Below, one piece after another: positions 41,244 through 51,538 of a DNA stretch of 64,000 nucleotides; position 1 is the stretch's first letter; every line of letters begins with the position of its first letter. The stretch comes from Candidatus Hodarchaeota archaeon (GTDB lineage: Archaea > Asgardarchaeota > Lokiarchaeia > Sigyniarchaeales > SOKP01). The stretch lies in contig JBHLKM010000002.1 of the NCBI GenBank assembly GCA_048886685.1, positions 167,532 through 231,531 on the forward strand, in the 5' to 3' direction. The notes under the pieces are model-generated. The model ran no database searches. It was not told the origin of the DNA and was given only the letters and a program-made list of their open reading frames with translations. Position numbers and translations under genes: made by a program.

Positions 41244-42944
41244 TTGGCTTCAGGAATGGCTATAACTGCCTTATTTGCACTTCTTTACGCAGTTGTTTTT
41301 GTTATCGGTGTCTGGTTCTTGCCATCTAACTTATTTGGCTTAGGATTAATGGTTGGTTTTACAATTCTAATCGTTTTGCTTCAATATGGAATTTCACCGT
41401 ATATAATTCAGTGGATTTATAGAATCGATTGGATTCCTTATGAAGAATTTTCTGCACGCTTTCCTCATATGGCAGATTCTCTTGATAGAGTAGTAGCATA
41501 TAACAATATAAAGATGCCTCGACTTGGGATAATTCATGATCTAAACCCAAATGCTTTTACTTTCGGTCATACAAAAAATAATGCAAGAGTTGTGATTACT
41601 GACGGAATATTAGAATATTTGAATAAAAAAGAGCAAAATGCAGTATTTTCACATGAATTAGGTCATGTAGTACACTCAGATTTCATCATAATGACGATTG
41701 TTTTTGCTATACCATTAATATTATTGACGATTGCTAGATGGGCTTATTACACAAGTGTTATTTCAGGAAGAAGACGTTCAAGTGATGACGAAGCTAACGC
41801 TATATATCTTCTATTACTTGCAGTCGCAGTGTTATCCTACCTTAGTTACTATTTAGGATATTTAATATCACTAATTGTAAGTAGGATTCGTGAATATTAT
41901 GCTGATCAACATAGTGCAGAAGTGTTAGAAGATCCGAATGCTTTATCAACAGGTCTAGTTAAAATTGCTTATGGATTACTAGTTGACAGAGATATTAACA
42001 TGGATGTTAAAGATAGAAATAAATCAAGAGTTCGAGCTCTTAGGGGATTAGGAATTTTTGATCCAAGTACAGCAAAAGGTTTAGGTATTATAAGTGTAAG
42101 CACCACAGGAGTGCTATCTATGGATGCGATTCAACTAGCGGCAGCATGGGATTTATATAACCCTTGGGCTAAATACTTCCAAATTTTCTCTACACATCCA
42201 TTACCCGCAAGAAGAATCCAACGTTTAAATGAACAGTGCGAATTTTACGGTAAAAAACCTGAGATTGATTTCTCTCAGGCAAAAGAATTAAAGGAACAAC
42301 AGGCAGGAAAAACATTGTGGGATCAATTTCTCTTTGATATATTTATGAAGGCATTTCCTACTTTGATCTTTCTTGCTCTACTCGGAGTAACAATTGCATG
42401 GCTCTTTAGCCTCGCTGAAATTATTACCATACCCTGGTTAGATGCGAAAATTATTTTATTTATGTGGGCTGTAGGATTCTATATTATTGGCTTCGGTTCA
42501 ATAATCAAAACAAACTTTATGTATAAGAGTGGTTTTGAAGCGAAAAGAGTAGTTGACCTTGTAACGAATGTGAAAGCAAGTCCAATGAGAGCAGTCCCTG
42601 CAATTATGGAGGGAAAGATTGTTGGAAGAGGTATCCCAGGATATTACTTTAGCGAAGATATGTATTTTCAGGATGAGACTGGCTTGATGTATGTTGATTA
42701 TCGGTTTGGCATTGGTCTTGTAGATTTGATCTTCTCCCTTAGAACCGTCAAAAGAATTGTAGGACAACGAGTTAGAATCAAAGGATGGTATAGAAGAGGA
42801 CCATCACCATATATTCAAGTAGATACTATTGAAACAGAACTCGGACGTCGACATAGAAATTATGCGAAGCATTTACGTTATTTCTGGGCAGTTTTGGCAT
42901 TTATAATAGGTCTAGTTTGCCTTTACTATTGGTTCATAATATAA
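41244..42944 (+). CDS. htpX: M48 zinc metalloprotease HtpX, long form with C-terminal extension
   Basis: PNAFTFG, HELGH, SRIREYYAD, STHP; extra TM segments plus a beta-rich C-terminal domain. Confidence 0.85.
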   Translation: MASGMAITALFALLYAVVFVIGVWFLPSNLFGLGLMVGFTILIVLLQYGISPYIIQWIYRIDWIPYEEFSARFPHMADSLDRVVAYNNIKMPRLGIIHDLNPNAFTFGHTKNNARVVITDGILEYLNKKEQNAVFSHELGHVVHSDFIIMTIVFAIPLILLTIARWAYYTSVISGRRRSSDDEANAIYLLLLAVAVLSYLSYYLGYLISLIVSRIREYYADQHSAEVLEDPNALSTGLVKIAYGLLVDRDINMDVKDRNKSRVRALRGLGIFDPSTAKGLGIISVSTTGVLSMDAIQLAAAWDLYNPWAKYFQIFSTHPLPARRIQRLNEQCEFYGKKPEIDFSQAKELKEQQAGKTLWDQFLFDIFMKAFPTLIFLALLGVTIAWLFSLAEIITIPWLDAKIILFMWAVGFYIIGFGSIIKTNFMYKSGFEAKRVVDLVTNVKASPMRAVPAIMEGKIVGRGIPGYYFSEDMYFQDETGLMYVDYRFGIGLVDLIFSLRTVKRIVGQRVRIKGWYRRGPSPYIQVDTIETELGRRHRNYAKHLRYFWAVLAFIIGLVCLYYWFII

Positions 42945-43151
42945 AATCATTCATTTTTTTCATTATTTTATATATCTATTTTTTTTGAGTAATTCTAATT
43001 TCCTTAAAAATAGATTTTAAAAGCCTGAAGGATTGTTTTTACTTATTTTTAGGTTTTAATATAAAAACTATTTCAAAAATATTACCACCTCAATGAATAA
43101 TATTTAAATATAGTCCTTCTAATATTGTAAAACTAGAGGTGATGAAATTAA

Positions 43152-44489
43152 ATGAATAAAATAAAACCAAAATTAGTTATGGTCTTAGTTGTTGTAGGAT
43201 TAATAATCACCGTTTTTCCTATGAGTGCTCTAGCTTGTAAACCTAAACGTAAATTAATGGCAGGAGCGTGTGTTTTACCGATAACACCTATGACAGACGA
43301 GTTTGGAGTCCCTAAAAACCCAGATGGTTCACCAGTTTTCTTAGCAGGATTTGGGGACCCGGGGGACAGACCTGCTCAAGCTGTTCACGATGATATATAT
43401 GCAAGGTGTTTGATCCTAGATTATCGTGGAACTACTTTAGTATTCGTTGCACTTGACTTGATCGGTTACATGATTGATCAAGTCGATTTAGTAAGAGGAA
43501 TAGTAGAGGTTCAATATGGGATTGATGCAGAAAATGTTATAATAGCTTGTACACACACACACTCGGGACCCGACACTTTAGGGCTCTGGACTCCTCCCTA
43601 TCCTGATCCAGGAGTTAACTGGGAGTATATGGAATTTGTAGCAAATCAAATCATAGAATGCATAGGTCAAGCTTATCAAAATATGGAAAAGGCTCGATTA
43701 TGGTTTGCCTCTAGCAGTGTTCCGGGATTAATGAAAAACTCCCGTGATCCAGGTAGAGTATATCCAGATTTGGAAGTAATGAAGGTTGTGGGAAGAAGAG
43801 GTAAAACAATTGCGACAATGATCAACTACGCGGGTCATCCAGAAGTCTTATGGTCAGACAATTTGGAATTAACATCAGACTATGTAGGTTACCTCTGCGA
43901 TAAAGTTGAAGAGGAGCTGGGAGGGATTGCGGTATTCTTCAATGGAGCTCTAGGAGGGATGATAACTCCCGATGTAGATGAACACACATTCGAAAAGGCA
44001 AAAGAACTTGGATATACGCTAGCTGATGCCACCATTAATGCTCTACGATGTCGCAGATTCTACCGTTGGGGTTCTTTTTTCCCCAGTTGGAAAAAAACCT
44101 TTAATTTGGAAAAACAGACTTTTGAAGTTCCGTTAGAAAACATACAATTTTATGGCGCTATGTTTTTAGGTATGCTTTATAGACCCGAACCATGGTATGT
44201 GGATTCTCCTGAATTGGGTACTATAATGTCGGAAGTCAACGTCATTAATATAGGAGCAGCTCAGATAATCACCATGCCTGGAGAGGTTCTACCTAGCATA
44301 GGATATCGCCTGAAAGAAGCTATGACGGGAAAGTACAATTTCCAAATAGGATTGGGCAATGATGAGTTAGGTTATATTATTCCCGAGGATGAATGGGATC
44401 CTTCACAATACGAGGAATCAATGTCAGTCGGCATGCAAACCGGGATCGTCATGGAAGCAATTCTTATGGAAATGTTAGAGGGAACTTAA
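43152..44489 (+). CDS. secreted neutral-ceramidase-like metallohydrolase
   Basis: Signal peptide; HDDIYARCL, ACTHTHSGPD, NYAGHPE, PGE, GYI, YEE motifs. Confidence 0.7.
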   Translation: MNKIKPKLVMVLVVVGLIITVFPMSALACKPKRKLMAGACVLPITPMTDEFGVPKNPDGSPVFLAGFGDPGDRPAQAVHDDIYARCLILDYRGTTLVFVALDLIGYMIDQVDLVRGIVEVQYGIDAENVIIACTHTHSGPDTLGLWTPPYPDPGVNWEYMEFVANQIIECIGQAYQNMEKARLWFASSSVPGLMKNSRDPGRVYPDLEVMKVVGRRGKTIATMINYAGHPEVLWSDNLELTSDYVGYLCDKVEEELGGIAVFFNGALGGMITPDVDEHTFEKAKELGYTLADATINALRCRRFYRWGSFFPSWKKTFNLEKQTFEVPLENIQFYGAMFLGMLYRPEPWYVDSPELGTIMSEVNVINIGAAQIITMPGEVLPSIGYRLKEAMTGKYNFQIGLGNDELGYIIPEDEWDPSQYEESMSVGMQTGIVMEAILMEMLEGT

Positions 44490-44648
44490 CTAAATTAAAA
44501 AAAATAAATTTTTAAGGGAATATTTCAATTCTTTAATCATTTTCTTTTTTTTTATTCATTATAAATTTATATATTTATGAATCAAATCTAAAAGATTATT
44601 AGGTTTGTTTTGCTTTATCACATAAAAAGTACTTAGGAAAGAAATAAG

Positions 44649-44903
44649 ATGGCTGAAGAACCACAACTTCCTCCGATTCCAGCAATTGGGGAGATTTTGG
44701 ACCGAAAGAAAAGGTTTATTGAGAAAAAGCATAGTATTGTAAAATGTGGGGCATGTCAAGCGGATTACTCTAGGTTGTTCAAAGCTGGAGATTTTGTATT
44801 TAAAAAACTCACAGAGGAGGAATGCGAAAAATGCCATAGGAGTAAATCTCTAACCATAATAGAAATTTATTCTGAATGGATTGATCCCAAAAAGAAATCT
44901 TAG
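44649..44903 (+). CDS. small Cys4 zinc-binding protein
   Basis: CGAC...CEKC; F+xGDFVFK. Confidence 0.65.
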   Translation: MAEEPQLPPIPAIGEILDRKKRFIEKKHSIVKCGACQADYSRLFKAGDFVFKKLTEEECEKCHRSKSLTIIEIYSEWIDPKKKS

Positions 44904-44915
44904 TTGTTCTATTTT

Positions 44916-45902
44916 TCAAAAAAAAAGTTTCAAAATTTCTCCTGCTAAAGAGTAAGGATCTAATGACTTTTTTATTGCTTTTTCAATGAATTCTTCAATT
45001 TTATCGTTAGTATTAATTAATTCCTCGACTTTTTTAGTTAATTTATGTTTTAAAATTTGGATTGTCTCTTTTTTAATTCGATTTTTCATATAATTTGAAA
45101 TAACTCCTGACTCTTCTAAAAATTGTTTATGATTATTTATAAGTTCAAGTAGATTATCAAAATTTTCTCCTGTTTTTGAGTTAACTTTCGTGATTTCTGG
45201 TGTCCACTGATCTATTTTTTCAAATTTGGTACCAATAGCCTTAGATTCATACTTATAATTTTTCTTAAATTCTAACATTTGCATGATTTCTGCCACTTTT
45301 TTATCTGCTCCAGGTAAATCCATCTTGTTAACAACAAAGATATCAGTAATTTCCATAATACCTGCTTTAATTGCTTGAATTTCATCTCCTAATCCGGGAA
45401 CTACTAATACCACCACAGTTTGAGCAGATTCAAAAATATCAACTTCAGATTGTCCAACGCCGACAGTTTCAACTATTACTATATCACATCCATAAGCATC
45501 CAATATTTTAATTGCGTCTTCAGTGGCTCTCGCCAAGCCACCTAATTGACCTCGATTGGCCATACTTCTAATAAAAACATTGTCAAGAGAAAAGTGTTGC
45601 TTCATACGTATTCTATCACCCAAAAGTGCTCCCCCAGTTAAAGGAGATGTTGGATCCACACATATTATCCCAACCTTATTACCTAAATCGATATAACTCT
45701 TAGTTAGCGTTGAAATAAAAGTAGATTTTCCTGTTCCAGGAGCACCCGTAATACCTATAATATAGGCTTTACCTGTGTGTTGGTAAATAGAATTTATGAT
45801 TTCTTCAGCAGCCTCAATATCATTTTCTACAATAGTTATTAATCTTGCTGCTGCGCGTGTATTGCCATTTATCAGTTTTCTGGTTAAATCAGAGTAATTC
45901 AT
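44916..45902 (-). CDS. meaB: B12 mutase-associated GTPase MeaB/ArgK
   Basis: GITGAPGTGKST, DPTSPLTGGALLGDRIRM, ETVGVGQSE, NKMD. Confidence 0.95.
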   Translation of the reverse strand: MNYSDLTRKLINGNTRAAARLITIVENDIEAAEEIINSIYQHTGKAYIIGITGAPGTGKSTFISTLTKSYIDLGNKVGIICVDPTSPLTGGALLGDRIRMKQHFSLDNVFIRSMANRGQLGGLARATEDAIKILDAYGCDIVIVETVGVGQSEVDIFESAQTVVVLVVPGLGDEIQAIKAGIMEITDIFVVNKMDLPGADKKVAEIMQMLEFKKNYKYESKAIGTKFEKIDQWTPEITKVNSKTGENFDNLLELINNHKQFLEESGVISNYMKNRIKKETIQILKHKLTKKVEELINTNDKIEEFIEKAIKKSLDPYSLAGEILKLFF

Positions 45903-45909
45903 TATTATG

Positions 45910-46311
45910 TTATCTTTTTAGATTGTTTTTCACAAATTCAACAATTGTGTTCAAATCAGTTCCTGGGCCATAAAATCCTTTTAATCCTTTCTCTTCCAAA
46001 AATAGTTTGTCTTCATCAGGTATAATTCCACCAACAGCAACGAGAACATCATCAATGCCTTGTTCTTCTAATTTTTCCATTATTACAGGACAAAGAGCAT
46101 TGTGAGCTCCAGATAGTATACTCAGCATAACAGCATCAGGGTCTTCCTGGACGACAGTATTAACAATATCATCAGGCGTTTGATGAATTCCTGTATATAT
46201 AACTTCCATTCCCGCATCTCTTAAAGCTCTAGCGAGAACTTTAGCACCTCTGTCATGTCCATCTAAACCGGGTTTGCATACAAGGACTTTTATTTTTCTA
46301 GCTTCTGACAT
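45910..46311 (-). CDS. acyl-CoA mutase small (cobalamin-binding) subunit
   Basis: KPGLDGHDRGAK, SILSGAH, GGIIP. Confidence 0.95.
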   Translation of the reverse strand: MSEARKIKVLVCKPGLDGHDRGAKVLARALRDAGMEVIYTGIHQTPDDIVNTVVQEDPDAVMLSILSGAHNALCPVIMEKLEEQGIDDVLVAVGGIIPDEDKLFLEEKGLKGFYGPGTDLNTIVEFVKNNLKR

Positions 46312-46325
46312 TTAAAATCACCAAT

Positions 46326-47981
46326 TTAAAAAATAGAATCCTCATGATAGGTTCCGAATACTTCTTTTAATGTATTAATAATTTCTCCAATAGAGGCATA
46401 TACTCTTATGGCATCCATAATAAAAGGCATAAGATTTTCTGTTCCTTTTGCGGCTTCCTTCAATCTTTCAAGTTTATCTTTAACAGCATCATTATCTCGT
46501 TCTTGCTTTAATGTGTTTAATGTATTGACTTGCTCTTTCGCAACTTCCTCATCTATTTTCAATAGAGGTACTGTACATGGCTCTTTTTGCTGATATTGGT
46601 TCACTGCTACTATAGTTCTTTCTCGATTTTCAATCTCTTGTTGATATTTATAGGAAGCATTAGCTATTTCCTTTTGAAAGAAGTTAGCTTTTATTGCTGG
46701 AATAGCTCCTCCCAATTCATCGATCTGCTGAAAATAATTCTCAGCCTCTTCTTCCATCTTATTTGTAAGCCATTCTATATAATAAGAGCCTGCTAAAGGA
46801 TCTACCGTATCTGTGACTCCAGATTCATGTGCAATAATCTGTTGTGTCCTTAAGGCTATTTTTACAGCATTTTCAGTAGGAAGACATAACGCTTCATCAA
46901 AAGAATTCGTATGTAATGATTGAGTGCCACCCAACACAGCAGCTAAGCCCTGAAGTGTAACTCGTACTATATTATTTTCAGGTTCTTGGGCAGTTAAAGA
47001 AACTCCCGCTGTCTGTGTATGGAATCTTAGTCTCAGGGATTCTGGTTTTTTTGCTCCATATTTATTTTTCATATGTTTAGCCCAAATTCTTCTTGCAGCT
47101 CTATATTTACATATTTCTTCGAAGAAATTATTATGAGAATTAAAGAAAAATGATAACCGAGGTGCAAAATCATCAACATCTAAACCCCTCTCAATTCCAG
47201 CTTCAACATAAGCAAAACCATCAGCTAAAGTGAAGGCTAACTCTTGGACTGCAGTTGAACCTGCTTCTCGAATGTGATAGCCACTGATACTGATTGTATA
47301 CCATTGTGGAACATGTTTAGTACAATATTCTATTGTATCAACAATTAATCTCATTGATTCTTCAGGTGGAAAAATCCAAGATTTCTGTGCAATATATTCT
47401 TTTAAAATATCATTTTGAATGGTACCTCGCAATTGTTCAGGAGCATGACCTTGTTTTTCAGCAGTGACTATGTACATTGCTAGTAGGATAGATGCAGGAG
47501 CGTTAATAGTCATTGAAGTACTAATCCTTGACAGATCTATGCCATCAAATAAAGTTTCCATATCCTTAAGAGTATCAATGGCCACTCCTTCCTTTCCAAT
47601 CTCACCGAATGCCCTTTGATCTGTCGCTTCAATACCATAAATGGTGTGCAAACTAAAAGCAACACTTAAACCTGTTTGGCCATGTTCAATCAAAAACTTA
47701 TAGCGATTGTTAGTTTGCTCCGCAGTTCCAAAACCTGCAAATTGTCTCATCGTCCATAGTCGACCACGATACATATTAGGATAAGCCCCCCGTGTAAATG
47801 GATATTGACCAGGAAAACCTAAATCTAATTCATAATTTAGGTTCTTAATATCATTTGGAGTATAAAGACGTTTAATATCGATATCAGAAAGATTTCTAAA
47901 AGTTTTTCTTCGTTCTTTTTTATCTGGAAAGGAATTCTGCCATTCTTCCATATCTTCTTCAATTTTATCAAATTCGGTCAT
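46326..47981 (-). CDS. acyl-CoA mutase large subunit (MCM family, isobutyryl-CoA mutase-type residues)
   Basis: WTMRQFAGF, GTIQNDILKEYIAQ, ISISGYHIREAG, QSLHTNSFDEA. Confidence 0.9.
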   Translation of the reverse strand: MTEFDKIEEDMEEWQNSFPDKKERRKTFRNLSDIDIKRLYTPNDIKNLNYELDLGFPGQYPFTRGAYPNMYRGRLWTMRQFAGFGTAEQTNNRYKFLIEHGQTGLSVAFSLHTIYGIEATDQRAFGEIGKEGVAIDTLKDMETLFDGIDLSRISTSMTINAPASILLAMYIVTAEKQGHAPEQLRGTIQNDILKEYIAQKSWIFPPEESMRLIVDTIEYCTKHVPQWYTISISGYHIREAGSTAVQELAFTLADGFAYVEAGIERGLDVDDFAPRLSFFFNSHNNFFEEICKYRAARRIWAKHMKNKYGAKKPESLRLRFHTQTAGVSLTAQEPENNIVRVTLQGLAAVLGGTQSLHTNSFDEALCLPTENAVKIALRTQQIIAHESGVTDTVDPLAGSYYIEWLTNKMEEEAENYFQQIDELGGAIPAIKANFFQKEIANASYKYQQEIENRERTIVAVNQYQQKEPCTVPLLKIDEEVAKEQVNTLNTLKQERDNDAVKDKLERLKEAAKGTENLMPFIMDAIRVYASIGEIINTLKEVFGTYHEDSIF

Positions 47982-48219
47982 AATGATCGTTTTACTGAAG
48001 TATTTTGATTTGTAAATAAAATTAGATCTTATTTATTAATCTCAAATAGATAAGCGTTTGTAATTATATTAATTTTTTTTCGAAGATTCAATCAATAATT
48101 AACTTATGAATTTAACAGAGGGTTAACCAGAAAATCAACTAAAAAGATTATATAATGAAATTCTTTCTAAAAGCTTCCTTAGGAACAAATCCTCTTTCAA
48201 CGAGAAATCTGATCACTAC

Positions 48220-49347
48220 TTATTTTAACATATTTTTAGTAAACACATCCATAGGATCTAAATCTCTTTCTTTAAGGAATCTTATTCCTTCCTCTCTAGG
48301 ATCTTTTGGAAAATCTTGTTCTCCCTCTCTATGCACTAGATATATTGCATTTTGTTTACATTTATGCACACAGACTCCACATCCTAAACATCGATCCGGA
48401 TGAAACAATACCTTTTTATCCTTAAGTTCAAGTGCATTCATAGGGCAACTTTTAACACATACACCACAACCAATACAGTTTTGCTCTTCGATTTCCCTTA
48501 TGTAATTTGATGGTTGGTGGCCTTTTGGTAAAATTCCAGGCACATTGACTACAGATTCTAAAAATAAGCAACAACATGAGCAACAGTTACATATTGTCTC
48601 CATTTTTTCTTTTGTATTATCAATACCATGGACAAGTCCGGAGTCTGCAGCTCTTTTTAAGATATCTAAAGTTTCTTCTTTTGATATTTCTCTGCCTAAT
48701 CCGTTTTCTACGCAATATCTCCCAAGATTATCAAAATGTAAACATCTCTCCAAGTCGTGTTTACACTCTTTAAAATCATGATCGAGATTATGTCTATGAC
48801 TACAAGGGCATGTGGATACAGAATAATATTCAAAATTATCTATAACTTTCAGTATATCTTCATATGGCATAACTTGACGCGTATCATGTATAGTTTCATT
48901 TATAGGAATTGCACGAAGACCTTGAGTTTCATGTCCAACAAATTCTTCAGCATAAGTTTCGATATAATATTTGTTCAAATAAGGCGAAATCTCACGATTT
49001 AATTTATCATTTTTACCTTTCCATCCAAGAGATCGGTAAAAGATAAACAAGCTGTCACAGAGCGAATATCTAACTTCTGATGGCCTTTCACTACGAAATA
49101 TAATCCCTGATTTTACTAAGTTATCTAATTTTTTTCTAAGTTTTTTAACAGGTATATCCAATTTTGAGGATATTTGTTCAGCAGTATGTCCTAAAAAAGG
49201 TATTTTAGAGAGTAATTTAGCGTCTTCAGGTGTGATTCTTAGTTTTAACATTGGCATGAGATGTTCAGAATCAGGCAACCTTAATACCCAATACCTTAAG
49301 TGTTCAATAAGATCCTCATAATATATATCTTCAGACATAAATTTCAT
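48220..49347 (-). CDS. wHTH plus 4Fe-4S dicluster protein
   Basis: CPCSH, ICNCCSCCC, CIGCGVCVKSCP, CLGCGVCVHKC. Confidence 0.85.
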   Translation of the reverse strand: MKFMSEDIYYEDLIEHLRYWVLRLPDSEHLMPMLKLRITPEDAKLLSKIPFLGHTAEQISSKLDIPVKKLRKKLDNLVKSGIIFRSERPSEVRYSLCDSLFIFYRSLGWKGKNDKLNREISPYLNKYYIETYAEEFVGHETQGLRAIPINETIHDTRQVMPYEDILKVIDNFEYYSVSTCPCSHRHNLDHDFKECKHDLERCLHFDNLGRYCVENGLGREISKEETLDILKRAADSGLVHGIDNTKEKMETICNCCSCCCLFLESVVNVPGILPKGHQPSNYIREIEEQNCIGCGVCVKSCPMNALELKDKKVLFHPDRCLGCGVCVHKCKQNAIYLVHREGEQDFPKDPREEGIRFLKERDLDPMDVFTKNMLK

Positions 49348-49470
49348 CTTTTTTTTGAAGTCTTAAATATTGAATGTTATATAAAAATCATTATTGATTC
49401 GTAAAATGATTGCATTTTAATTTTCTTCCATAAATTTAAGCTTAATAAATATTAAAAACAATAGATAATC

Positions 49471-50208
49471 ATGAGCAAACTAATCTATCTTGGATGCTTA
49501 AGCAATAGACTCTATGAATCAACATGCAAAAATGCCATAAAAGTTATCCAACTCTTAGACAGTGAATACAAAATAATAGAAGATCCTCCTTGCTGTGGTT
49601 CTTTAGCATATAATATCACTCCGGATGAAACTATGAGAAATCATGTGGAGTTTGTTAATAACTGGTTTAAAAAAAATAACATAACTGAACTTGTAACAAT
49701 CTGCGCGGGTTGTTATTCCTATTTTACTCGTTATTATAAAGAGTTTTTAGATTCTGAATTTACGGTTAAAATACAACATTTCCTCCAATTTTTAGCCGAA
49801 TCCCAAAATTTGGACAAGTTAAACCTAAAGAATACTGGAAAGGCCTTAAAAGTAAATTATCATGATGCATGTCATCTCAGAAATTCTTCTGTTCCAATAA
49901 TAAAAGAACCTAGAAAAATCTTGGACTCAATTGATAATGTAGAATTAGTCGAAATGGATCTTAATAAAACTAAAAGCATATGTTGTGGAGCGGGTGGAGG
50001 TGTTTATTCAATTTTTAAAGAGGTTAGTGATTATAATGCAAAGCTAATTTTTGATAATATGAAGAAAGGTAAAGCTCTTATTACTGCTTGCCCTTTCTGT
50101 TATACTGCTTTGAATCGAATAAAAGAAGAGAATAATATAAGAAAACCGGTTATCAAAATTGAAGATTTTATTGTTAAGCTAATGGAAGGAGGTGATCCTA
50201 TAAGTTGA
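49471..50208 (+). CDS. CCG-domain Fe-S protein (LutA/GlpC-like)
   Basis: CCGS, CAGC, YHDACHL, CCGAGGG, ACPFC. Confidence 0.85.
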   Translation: MSKLIYLGCLSNRLYESTCKNAIKVIQLLDSEYKIIEDPPCCGSLAYNITPDETMRNHVEFVNNWFKKNNITELVTICAGCYSYFTRYYKEFLDSEFTVKIQHFLQFLAESQNLDKLNLKNTGKALKVNYHDACHLRNSSVPIIKEPRKILDSIDNVELVEMDLNKTKSICCGAGGGVYSIFKEVSDYNAKLIFDNMKKGKALITACPFCYTALNRIKEENNIRKPVIKIEDFIVKLMEGGDPIS

Positions 50209-51509
50209 GTGATAAAGGTAAAGATTTATACGAGAAAGCAAAAGACAAAATAGCTATTTTGGATACTAAAGGAACTTGGGAAAATAAATTTGGGATGTTC
50301 TGGAAAATTGCGTGTGCTATAAAATCCAAACAACATGATTTAAGATATCTCTATGAGGATTCTAGTCGTGAATTCGTAGACAGGTATAAAGATCAACTTA
50401 TGGCAATGAGAGAGGAATTTGTAAACAATATTGATTATTACGTTGAAAAATGCATCAAAGTAATGCGAGAAGTAAATAACATGACTGTTCATTATGCAAA
50501 AACCAATAAGGAAGCTCAAGATATTTTTATGAAAGAACTTGGGGATGCTAAGGTAATTTATAAATCTAAGTCAAACGAAGCAAAAGATATTGGAATTATT
50601 GATGTATTAAAGAAAAATAATATTGAAATTAAGGAAACTGATTTAGGAGATGTTCTCGTTCAACTATTCGATTATAAATTACCTAAATTTGGAGTAGGCC
50701 CTGGAGCTCATTTTTCTAAAGAAGAAATTGTTGAGAAAATAAAGGAAGTTCATGGAGTAGAACTTGAGGCATCGGCGAGTGCAATTGTAGAATATTATAG
50801 AGAATCTTATCGTAAAGAATTACTTAATGATGTAAAAATATCGCTCACATCTGCTAATGTTATTTCTGCTGAAGATGGGACAATAGTATTAGGAGAAAAT
50901 GAAGGGAATATAAGTTTATTAACAAGAGCAACCGAAAAGCATATAGTTTTATGTGGAATTACTAAAATCGTACCTACAATTTTAGACGCTGTGCTAGTGG
51001 CAAAATTGCAAACCAGGATTAATAATGTGTCTTTTAACTATATTAATTTTATTTCAGGACCATCTGCAACTGCTGATATTCAAGGTGAAAAAGTTATTGG
51101 TATGTATGGTGCCAAAGAGGTTGTAGTGATTCTTGTAGATGACTGGAGGAAAAAAGCTATGAAAGAAAATCTATTATATAAAGATTTTTTGCGATGTATC
51201 GGTTGTAGAACGTGTAATTATATATGCACAGCTTCACGGGCATTTGGCAATATTTATGCATCAAAATATGGATTAGGCGCTGATGGAATTATTCGAGACT
51301 ATATTCATAATGGGATTGAAGCTGTTGTAGAAGATGGACTGTTCTTTTGTACGGGTTGTGAGAATTGTCGCCACTGGTGTCCTGTCTCTATAAATTTGGG
51401 TGAAATCATGAAATCAATAAAAAAAGAAGCAATAAAGGCAGATCTATGCCCACCTCCTTTAAAAGAGTATCAACAGAAAATACTTAAGGAGAAAAATCCC
51501 TTTATATAA
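50205..51509 (+). CDS. LUD-domain 4Fe-4S protein (LutB-like)
   Basis: KSKS, ETDLG, ENEGN, SGPSATADI, CIGCRTC, CTGCENCRHWCP. Confidence 0.85.
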   Translation: MSDKGKDLYEKAKDKIAILDTKGTWENKFGMFWKIACAIKSKQHDLRYLYEDSSREFVDRYKDQLMAMREEFVNNIDYYVEKCIKVMREVNNMTVHYAKTNKEAQDIFMKELGDAKVIYKSKSNEAKDIGIIDVLKKNNIEIKETDLGDVLVQLFDYKLPKFGVGPGAHFSKEEIVEKIKEVHGVELEASASAIVEYYRESYRKELLNDVKISLTSANVISAEDGTIVLGENEGNISLLTRATEKHIVLCGITKIVPTILDAVLVAKLQTRINNVSFNYINFISGPSATADIQGEKVIGMYGAKEVVVILVDDWRKKAMKENLLYKDFLRCIGCRTCNYICTASRAFGNIYASKYGLGADGIIRDYIHNGIEAVVEDGLFFCTGCENCRHWCPVSINLGEIMKSIKKEAIKADLCPPPLKEYQQKILKEKNPFI

Positions 51510-51538
51510 TCATTTCTATTTTATTATTTTTAAGAAAC

